Assembly: GCA_015488485.1 (NCBI GenBank)
Contig: WFNR01000064.1
Location: forward strand, 6,916 to 70,915
From: Cyclobacteriaceae bacterium
GTDB taxonomy: Bacteria; Bacteroidota; Bacteroidia; Cytophagales; Cyclobacteriaceae
DNA length: 64,000 nt
Reading direction: 5' to 3'
Position numbers and translations under genes: made by a program. The notes beneath the pieces were generated by a model. The model had not been told where the DNA came from. It ran no database searches and saw nothing but the letters and a program-made list of their open reading frames with translations. Shown one piece after another: positions 7,917 to 15,569 of the stretch. Position 1 is the first letter of the stretch; the number at the start of each line of letters is the position of its first letter.

Positions 7917-9995
7917 ATGGAAACCCGAGAAATCTTTCGTCATTTCCCGTTGTTGCTGCAAATTATTTTTTATGTAGTAGCTTTCTCCACCATTGGGGTA
8001 TTTATTTATGGTTTTTACCGCAGATACAAAAAATACCGCAAGGGTCGCGATGCCGAGCGCTTTAACAACCTGCTGGCCCGCTTTGGCAAAGCGCTGGCTA
8101 TGATGGCCAGGCATTCTACCATTGCCAAGCGCGATAAATATGCCGGTTTTGCCCACTGGCTTATCTTCTGGGGCTTTGTGGTGTTGTTTATCGGTACGGT
8201 AATCGTAGCCCTCGATCATGATTTTTTACGTTTTCTGGGCATTCACCTGCTGCAAGGGAAATTCTACCTGGGTTTCTCGGTCTTCCTCGATGTCTTTGGG
8301 GTGCTGTTTATCCTGGGCTTGTTTATGATGATGTTCAGGCGCAGCAAGAAGCCCCCGCAGCTCGATTATACCCGGGCCGACAAGTCGGCTACCATAGACC
8401 GCAAGGGCTTTGTAACCGATGATAAGATATTTCTGTGGCTGTTGCTGCTCATTGGTATCACCGGTTTTATTATAGAAGGCGCCCGTATTGCTGCCGACCG
8501 CCAGGTGATGGATCTGTCGTTCGAGCGCTGGTCTCCGGTAGGCTGGGCCATTGCCGATGGCATCGACAAAGCCGGCCTAACTGCCTCGGCCAACAATATT
8601 CATTTGTACACCTGGTGGTTTCATGCGGTAATCGTGTTGTTTTTTATTGCCTATATTCCGTACTCTAAGGCCATGCACATGCTGGTGGACTTTGCCAACC
8701 TGATGTTTAAGGATGAGATGGCCGCCAAGCGCCTGCCACGCGTATCGGAAGAGCGCCAAAAGGTGGCGATGGGTTATCAGAAGCTGGAGGATTTTACCTG
8801 GAAAGAACTGCTCGATATGGATGCCTGTACCAAGTGCGGTCGCTGCCATGTGGCCTGTCCGGCCCAGAATGCCGGTACTCCGCTGTCACCGCGCGACCTT
8901 ATCCTTGACCTGCGCACCTATGCCAACGACACCAATGGCGTGGCCGAGTGGTTTGAGCAGAAAGATACCAGTGGCAAGCAGCCCAAGACATTGGCCGGTG
9001 GCGTTATCAGCCAGGATACGCTGTGGTCGTGTACCACTTGTATGGCTTGCGTAGAAGCCTGTCCGGTAGGTATTGAGCACCTCACTCATATTGTGAATAT
9101 GCGCAGAACGCTGGTAGAGGAGGGCGATATGGAAGATATGCTGATGGATACGCTGGCCAATATCGGTGACTACGGTAACTCCTTCGGTCAATCGGAGCGC
9201 ATGCGCGCCAAATGGACTAAGGAATTGGACTTCCAGATCAAGGATGTGCGCAAAGAAGAAGCCGAATACCTGTGGTTTGTGGGCGACTATGCCTCTTACG
9301 ATGCCCGCATTCAGGGGCTGTCACAGAAAGTGGCACGTATCTTCCGCAATATTGGCGTTGACTATGGCATCTTGTACGATGGCGAGCGCAATGCCGGCAA
9401 CGATGTGCGCAGGGTAGGGGAAGAAGGCCTCTATGAAATGCTGGTAGAAGACAACATGGCTGCTTTTGAAGAGGCCAATTTCAAGGAAATATTCACTACC
9501 GATCCGCATTCTTACAATACCATTAAAAACGAATATCCTGACTTCGGTGGTGAGTACAGCATATACCACTATACCGGTCTGCTTCTCAAGCTGCATAAGG
9601 AAGGCAAACTGAAGTTCAACAAAAAGCTGGACTATAAGGTAACCTACCATGATCCGTGCTACCTGGGACGCTATAACGGTGAGGTAGATGCACCGCGTCA
9701 GTTGCTCGAGGCTATGGGCGTAACCCTGGTGGATATGCCGCGCTGCAAGGAGAACTCCTTCTGCTGCGGTGCCGGTGGTGGCCGTATCTGGATGGACGAC
9801 TCCAAGATGGATAAGCGTCCCAGTGAGTTGCGTATCGAAGAAGCCTTGTCGCTGGGCAATGGCGTAGATCATTTTATTGTGGCCTGCCCGAAAGACTACG
9901 CCATGTTTACCGATGCCGTGAAGACCAGCGGCAACGAAGGCAAGATGGTGGTGAAGGACATCATTGAGCTGGTGGAAGAGGCCATGGGTGTGTAA
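7917..9995 (+). CDS. membrane-anchored Fe-S/CCG oxidoreductase (EMO-like ETF:quinone oxidoreductase, DsrMK/HmeCD-like fusion)
   Basis: The N-terminal ~270 aa has several hydrophobic helices. These are followed by [12 protein letters not shown] and [12 protein letters not shown], then CCG motifs HDPCYLGR...CCGAGGG...ACPKD. Confidence 0.85.
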   Translation: [692 protein letters not shown]

Positions 9996-10014
9996 GTATT
10001 TAGCTGGTTGGCTG

Positions 10015-10050
10015 AAAAGGCTGTCCTTGTGAGGACAGCCTTTTTGCTTT
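10015..10050 (+). terminator. intrinsic terminator after the Fe-S oxidoreductase gene
   Basis: AAAAGGCTGTCC-TTGTGA-GGACAGCCTTTT hairpin followed by TGCTTTT. Confidence 0.75.
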
Positions 10051-10157
10051 TACAGACAAAAAAGCATTTCCAATGGCAGACCCAGGATTTACTAGTTGAA
10101 AAATTGAGCTGATTGTACTGGCTGAATAGGATGTACTGCCTGTCCTGCCTGAATTTG

Positions 10158-10366
10158 CTGAGGCACTCGAAGCAAGGTTCTCGAAGGCAGGTTCTCGAAG
10201 CCAGTTGGCTGTGCTGGCTGAGGCACTCGAAGGCAGGTTCTCGAAGCCAGTTGGCTGTGCTGGCTGAGGCACTCGAAAGCAGGTTCTCGAAGCCAGTTGG
10301 CTGTGCTGGCTGAGGCACTCGAAGGCAGGTTCTCGAAGCCAGTTGGCTGAGGTTCTCGAAGCCAAC
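10158..10366. repeat. tandem repeat, 46-bp unit, about 4.5 copies
   Basis: The unit CTGAGGCACTCGAAGGCAGGTTCTCGAAGCCAGTTGGCTGTGCTGG starts at 10218, 10264 and 10310. A longer variant starts at 10158 and a partial copy follows 10349. Confidence 0.9.
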
Positions 10367-10528
10367 TGTAAGCCGAAATCCCCGGCCACCGCGTGACTGC
10401 CTTGTAGCAGACAGGCCTGCCTTGTAGCAGGCGGGTCACCCGCCTGACCCCATTCGGGCAGGGGGTCTCTATATTGCGCCAATGCCGTCTATTTACAGAC
10501 CCCTAGGCACAAATAGTAAAGAAGTTGT

Positions 10529-10679
10529 GGGCTAAAGCCCGTTTTTCTTTGGGCAATTTACTCCCTGCCCTAAAGGGCAGGGCGATAGATTGAATTTCCA
10601 GAGCATAAAATAACTTCACTCACTCCGTCCTTTAGGGCGGAGTGAGGCACAAAACCAACAAGTCCGGGGCTTTGGCCCC
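10529..10679. repeat. cluster of four GC-rich hairpins with TAAA/TTTA/TTTG-type loops
   Basis: GGGC-TAAA-GCCC (10529-10540); CCCTGCCC-TAAA-GGGCAGGG (10563-10582); CTCACTCCGTCC-TTTA-GGGCGGAGTGAG (10619-10646); GGGGC-TTTG-GCCCC (10666-10679). Confidence 0.6.
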
Positions 10680-10685
10680 ATTACA

Positions 10686-10757
10686 CCCTTGGCGGTTAAG
10701 ATGGCAGACTGCAGATTGATGACTGAATATTTCAGATTTTTGCGATTTCAGTCATCA
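10686..10757. repeat. dispersed intergenic repeat, copy B, with perfect 11-bp hairpin
   Basis: The core CCCTTGGCGGTTAAGATGGCAGACTGCAGATTGATGA matches 24511-24547 at 35 of 37 positions. TGATGACTGAA (10717-10727) is the inverted repeat of TTCAGTCATCA (10747-10757). Confidence 0.8.
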
Positions 10758-11228
10758 GCCCTCTGACCTCTGGCCACCGCGCCCCCTCGTTCCCCTAATC
10801 CGGAAAATTCAGATGAATTTTCCGCCTTACAGGCCGAAGAATGCCAAAATATATGTATTTGGCAATTTTTCCACATTTTCATAAGAAGACTATTGATATA
10901 AATATACTCAAAAATGAGTTGTGCAAATTTTGGCATTTTCGGGATTAGCCCTATTATAAATCATTAATAATCAGATATCAACAAGGTTATAAATCCATTC
11001 CTTATTAATCTATCATGAATAAATCGGGCTAAAGGGGGAGGCCCACCCGCTACCCGCTACCAGCTACCAGCCTGCCTGCGGCAAAGGCAGGCCTGCTCGC
11101 GATAGGCGGGCTAAAATCCTCATCTACGCATTCCCGCATAATCGCATTCCGCATTTCCGCTTCCCCGCATACACGCACACCCTCAGATTAAGCGCCTGCA
11201 TACCATTTATTTGAATTATCTTTACCCC

Positions 11229-12098
11229 ATGATACTGGCAGCTATTGATATCGGCTCCAACGCCATCCGCCTGCAGATTACCCGGGTTATCTGGCACAAA
11301 GAGCGCCAGCCGGCTTATAAGGTGCTGGAGTCCATCCGTTTTCCGTTGCGGTTAGGCAAGGATGCTTTTCGTACCGGTGAGATCACCTTTCGCAGTGAAA
11401 TCAAGTTTATCAACCTGATGATGGCCTTCCGCACGCTGATCGACCTCTATGAGGCCGATGATGCCTATGGCTGTGCTACCTCTGCTCTGCGCGATTCGGT
11501 AAATGGCGCCCGTATCGTGCAGCGCGCCTACGAGAAAAGCGGCCTGCATATCGAAATGATCTCCGGAGAAAAAGAAGCCGAACTGCTCGACCTGGCTGTG
11601 CATAAGGTAATTGATAACGGGTATTACATGCAGATAGACGTAGGGGGCGGCAGTACCGAAATCAATATGATTAGGGGCAAACAAAGCTATGCCCGCAAAT
11701 CCTTCAAGCTGGGCTCGGTGCGCAATATGCAAGGTCGCGACAAGCCCGCTGCCTGGGAGGCCATGGAAAGTTGGATAAAAGACCATGCCCAGGGGGCATT
11801 TGATGCCGTAGTGGCTACCGGGGGCAATATCCGCACGCTGTATAAGCTGTGGTTGAGTCAGGGCAAGGAGCTCACCACCCCGGAAGACCTGCAGCAGGCT
11901 GCCGACCTGGTGGCCCGCCATAGCTGGGAAGAGCGCATAGAGCTGCTGGGCCTGCGCGAAGACCGGGCCGATGTACTACCTTATGCGGCCGAAATATACA
12001 TCCGTGCCATTGCCGCCTCCGGTGCCGGAAAAATCATGGTGCCCGATGTAGGCCTTAAGGATGGTATCATAGAAATGCTCATTAAGCGTAACTTTTAG
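11229..12098 (+). CDS. Ppx/GppA family phosphatase (exopolyphosphatase-like)
   Basis: AAIDIGSNAIRLQI and DVGGGSTE motifs. ATG at 11229 preferred over the TTG at 11211. Confidence 0.85.
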   Translation: MILAAIDIGSNAIRLQITRVIWHKERQPAYKVLESIRFPLRLGKDAFRTGEITFRSEIKFINLMMAFRTLIDLYEADDAYGCATSALRDSVNGARIVQRAYEKSGLHIEMISGEKEAELLDLAVHKVIDNGYYMQIDVGGGSTEINMIRGKQSYARKSFKLGSVRNMQGRDKPAAWEAMESWIKDHAQGAFDAVVATGGNIRTLYKLWLSQGKELTTPEDLQQAADLVARHSWEERIELLGLREDRADVLPYAAEIYIRAIAASGAGKIMVPDVGLKDGIIEMLIKRNF

Positions 12099-12168
12099 CT
12101 ATAAGGTGCCATTAATCATTTTTTTGTTACCGGATAATCCTTAACTTGTCTGCCAAAAGAACATCGCC

Positions 12169-13029
12169 ATGAAAAAGATACTTGTTCCTACCGATTTTTC
12201 CCGCCCTGCCGAAAATGCCCTGCAAACCGCCCTGGCAGTGGCCAAAGCCTTCGGAGCTTCTATCGAGTTATTACATGTGCTGGAGATCAGCAGCGGTAGC
12301 AACATAGATATAACGGGCGGCCCCTCCAATGTTGAGAGTTTGACCGATTTTGTCGAAGTACACGAAGGCATTAAGCTAGCCAAAAAGCACCTCGATAGCA
12401 GCTTCAAGCTGCATGATGTGGCCAACAGTGGTGTACAGGTAGAGCAAAACATCCGGTTGGGCAGCGTACTCAGGCAGATAATTGAATTCGTTGAGACCAA
12501 TGGCGTAGATATGGTGATCATGGGTACCAATGGTGCCTCCGGCCTGGATGAATACCTGCTGGGTACCAATACCGACAAGCTGATACGCAGGGTAAATGTG
12601 CCCGTGCTGGCTGTACATGATCCGGTACCTGACCAACAATTCAAGAAGATTTTACTACCTACCACTACCTATGACAAGGAAGACAACCTGCTACGGGTAG
12701 TCAAAACCTTTCAGGAAAAGTTCAACAGCACCCTTTATTTGCTCAGAGTAAACACCCCGTTGCATTTCCTGCCAGACAAGCGCTCGCTCGAAATGCTGCG
12801 CGAATATGCCGTGCATCACAAGCTGACCAATTACGAGGTGCATGTATATAGCCATACCGAAGAAGAAGACGGTATCCAGGATTTTGCCGACATCATAGAA
12901 GCCGATATGATTGCCATGTCAACCTCTGCTACCAAAGGGCTGCGCAAAATAATAGGAGGGAGCGTAACCAAGGAGATTGTGAACCGCAGTCGCAGGCCGG
13001 TGTTTACCATGCGCATGGATGACCAGTAG
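12169..13029 (+). CDS. universal stress protein (tandem Usp domains)
   Basis: MKKILVPTDFS...LLHV N-terminus and a second repeat KKILLPTT...; G-x2-G-x9-GS-like segment IIGGSVTKEIV. Confidence 0.85.
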   Translation: MKKILVPTDFSRPAENALQTALAVAKAFGASIELLHVLEISSGSNIDITGGPSNVESLTDFVEVHEGIKLAKKHLDSSFKLHDVANSGVQVEQNIRLGSVLRQIIEFVETNGVDMVIMGTNGASGLDEYLLGTNTDKLIRRVNVPVLAVHDPVPDQQFKKILLPTTTYDKEDNLLRVVKTFQEKFNSTLYLLRVNTPLHFLPDKRSLEMLREYAVHHKLTNYEVHVYSHTEEEDGIQDFADIIEADMIAMSTSATKGLRKIIGGSVTKEIVNRSRRPVFTMRMDDQ

Positions 13030-13094
13030 CTTTTTGGGTGTTCGGCAGCCGGGTTTGCCGAATAAACGCTAAACTTGCAGGCAAATAATAAAAG

Positions 13095-13535
13095 ATGGCA
13101 GTTCGATTTTTTAATGGCCTGGCCTGGTTCGGCTTTTTGTTTGCCCTGGGGGCTTTCTTGTTGGCTTATGCCGGCTTCCCCGATGAGGTGCTGGTGCAAA
13201 CAAGTGCTACGGGCGAACCCATTACCTATATCGGCAAAGACACTTTGTTTTACAGTGCCCTGGCTTTTTATATGATTCTCAACATGGCCATGGTGCTTAT
13301 CCCCAAGCTGCAATTAGCTAAGGGCCTGCACCTGAATCTGGCTATGTCGCTGATGCACCTGGCCCGGTTGTTCTTCAACTTGTTCTTTGCCGCGGCTGTT
13401 TATTTTATTAGTATTTTAAATAGCCGGGAGGATTTTAGTTACAACCATTTCGGCTATATCATTTATGTAACCGGTGGCCTGCTGGCAGCCGTGGTGCTGT
13501 TCTACCCGGTAGCCCGTTATATTCTGAAAAAGTAA
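13095..13535 (+). CDS. hypothetical integral membrane protein
   Basis: 146 aa with four clearly hydrophobic segments. No recognised motif. Confidence 0.6.
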   Translation: MAVRFFNGLAWFGFLFALGAFLLAYAGFPDEVLVQTSATGEPITYIGKDTLFYSALAFYMILNMAMVLIPKLQLAKGLHLNLAMSLMHLARLFFNLFFAAAVYFISILNSREDFSYNHFGYIIYVTGGLLAAVVLFYPVARYILKK

Positions 13536-13709
13536 TGTTATTTTATTATTAAATTATTTACTGTTAAACAGCTAATTGTTAAATGTTTAACAGGGTTAAT
13601 CTCATTTAAAACTAAAAGTTCAGGGGTTTGGCATGTTTGGCAAAATGAGTAAAATAGGCTTTATTCACGCTTTGACAGGAAAAATTACGTTGTTGAAAGG
13701 AGAGGAGAA

Positions 13710-15569
13710 ATGACTACAGGAGTAGCAAGCTATACTGAAGAGAGCATCCGCTCGCTCGACTGGAAAGAACATATCCGCCTGCGGCCGGGTATGTACATTG
13801 GCAAGCTGGGCGATGGCTCGGCCGAAGATGACGGTATTTATGTGCTGGTAAAAGAGGTCATCGACAACAGCATCGATGAACACATGATGGGCTACGGCAA
13901 GACCATTGAGGTAAAGATTACCGACAAGCGGGTTGAAGTCAGGGACTATGGTCGGGGCATACCACTGGGCAAGGTGGTGGAATGTGTTTCCAAAATCAAT
14001 ACCGGAGGAAAATACGACTCAGGTGCTTTTCAGAAGTCGGTAGGCCTGAACGGGGTGGGTACCAAAGCGGTAAATGCCCTGTCCGATTATTTTAAGGTGG
14101 TGTCTTATCGCGATGGGCAGTGCAAGATAGCCGAGTTTAGCAAAGGCGAGCTGCTGCGCGATGAGCAGGTGAAGTCATGCAGCGGGCGCAACGGTACGCT
14201 GGTGGTCTTCGAGCCCGATGCTGAGGTATTCAAAAATTATCGCTTTATCCCCGAGTACCTCGAGGAGCTAATCTGGAACTACGTCTTCCTCAATGCCGGC
14301 CTTACCATTGTCTTCAATGGCAAGAAATACCATTCGGCCAACGGCCTGCACGACCTGTTGGAGCGCAAGGTAAATGTGGAGCAGCTTCGTTACCCCATCA
14401 TTCACTTGAAAGGCGAGGACATAGAGGTGGCCATGACCCACACCAATCAGTATGGCGAAGAGTATTACTCTTTTGTCAACGGCCAGTACACCACCCAGGG
14501 CGGCACTCACCAGGCAGCCTTTCGCGAAGCGGTGGTAAAGACGGTGCGCGAGTTTTATAAAAAGGATTTTGATGCGGCCGATATCCGGGCCAGCATTGTG
14601 GCGGCCATAGCCGTGCGCGTACAGGAGCCGGTGTTTGAGTCGCAGACCAAGACCAAGCTGGGCTCGCAGAATGTGGCGCCCGAGGGGCCGACCATGCGTA
14701 CCTTTGTCAATGATTTTGTCAAAAAGAACCTGGACAACTACCTGCATGAGCATGCCGAAGTGGCCGATGCCCTGCTCAAGCGCATTCTGCAATCGGAGCG
14801 CGAGCGCAAAGAGATAGCCGGTATCAAGAAACTGGCCAACGAGCGTGCCCGCAAAGCCAATCTGCACAACAAAAAGCTGCGCGACTGCCGCATCCACTAC
14901 AACGACAAGAAAGGTGAGGAACGTGAGAACACCATGATCTTCATAACCGAGGGTGATTCGGCCAGCGGCTCCATTACCAAATCGCGCAATGTGCAGACCC
15001 AGGCGGTATTCAGTCTGCGCGGCAAGCCCCTCAACTGCTTCGGGCTGACCAAAAAGGTAGTGTATGAAAACGAAGAATTTAACCTGCTGCAGCACGCCCT
15101 CGACATCGAAGACGGCATTGAAAACCTGCGCTACCGTAAGATTGTGATTGCCACCGATGCCGATGTGGACGGCATGCATATTCGCCTGCTTATCCTGACC
15201 TTCTTTCTGCAGTTCTTCCCCGATCTGGTCAAGCACGGCTACTTGTTTATTCTGGAAACACCGCTGTTCAGAGTACGCAACAAGAAAAAGACCATTTACT
15301 GCTATAACGAAGAGGAAAAACAGGCGGCCATTGCCGAACTGGGCGGCAAACCGGAAATCACCCGCTTTAAAGGGCTGGGAGAAATATCTCCGGAAGAGTT
15401 TGGCAAGTTTATCGGTGAGAATATCCGCCTGGAGCCGGTCATCATCAAGCAGGACACCGATATCAAAAAACTGCTGTCGTTTTACATGGGCAAGAACACC
15501 CCCGACCGGCAGAAATTCATTATCAACGAACTACGTATAGAGAAAGACCTGGTAGAGGAAGAGCTATGA
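13710..15569 (+). CDS. parE: DNA topoisomerase IV subunit B (type IIA topoisomerase B subunit)
   Basis: GHKL ATPase motifs ([14 protein letters not shown]) and Toprim motifs (ITEGDSA, DADVDG). The ~620 aa size and pairing with a ParC-like gene favour ParE over GyrB. Confidence 0.9.
   Translation: MTTGVASYTEESIRSLDWKEHIRLRPGMYIGKLGDGSAEDDGIYVLVKEVIDNSIDEHMMGYGKTIEVKITDKRVEVRDYGRGIPLGKVVECVSKINTGGKYDSGAFQKSVGLNGVGTKAVNALSDYFKVVSYRDGQCKIAEFSKGELLRDEQVKSCSGRNGTLVVFEPDAEVFKNYRFIPEYLEELIWNYVFLNAGLTIVFNGKKYHSANGLHDLLERKVNVEQLRYPIIHLKGEDIEVAMTHTNQYGEEYYSFVNGQYTTQGGTHQAAFREAVVKTVREFYKKDFDAADIRASIVAAIAVRVQEPVFESQTKTKLGSQNVAPEGPTMRTFVNDFVKKNLDNYLHEHAEVADALLKRILQSERERKEIAGIKKLANERARKANLHNKKLRDCRIHYNDKKGEERENTMIFITEGDSASGSITKSRNVQTQAVFSLRGKPLNCFGLTKKVVYENEEFNLLQHALDIEDGIENLRYRKIVIATDADVDGMHIRLLILTFFLQFFPDLVKHGYLFILETPLFRVRNKKKTIYCYNEEEKQAAIAELGGKPEITRFKGLGEISPEEFGKFIGENIRLEPVIIKQDTDIKKLLSFYMGKNTPDRQKFIINELRIEKDLVEEEL

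Noticed and set aside
10158-10366. Possible CRISPR array
   Set aside because: The repeats are directly adjacent with no unique spacers, the unit length and copy number fit a minisatellite, and there are no cas genes in the window.
9896-10482. Three overlapping minus-strand ORFs of 115-160 aa with repetitive peptide sequence (…ANWLREPAFECLSQHSQLASRT…)
   Set aside because: They are the 46-bp tandem repeat read in all three frames. Because 46 is not a multiple of 3, each repeat shifts the frame. There is no independent coding signal.
13029-13095. Hairpin TTCGGCA-GCCGGGTT-TGCCGAA after the usp gene as a terminator
   Set aside because: No T-tract follows the stem, so it was not listed as a terminator.
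14268-15236. 322-aa minus-strand ORF inside parE, and similarly 18028..18873 (antisense to the 3' end of parC and the TrmH-family gene) and 16502..17038 (antisense inside parC)
   Set aside because: They are antisense to strongly supported genes, have no motifs and show low-complexity composition.
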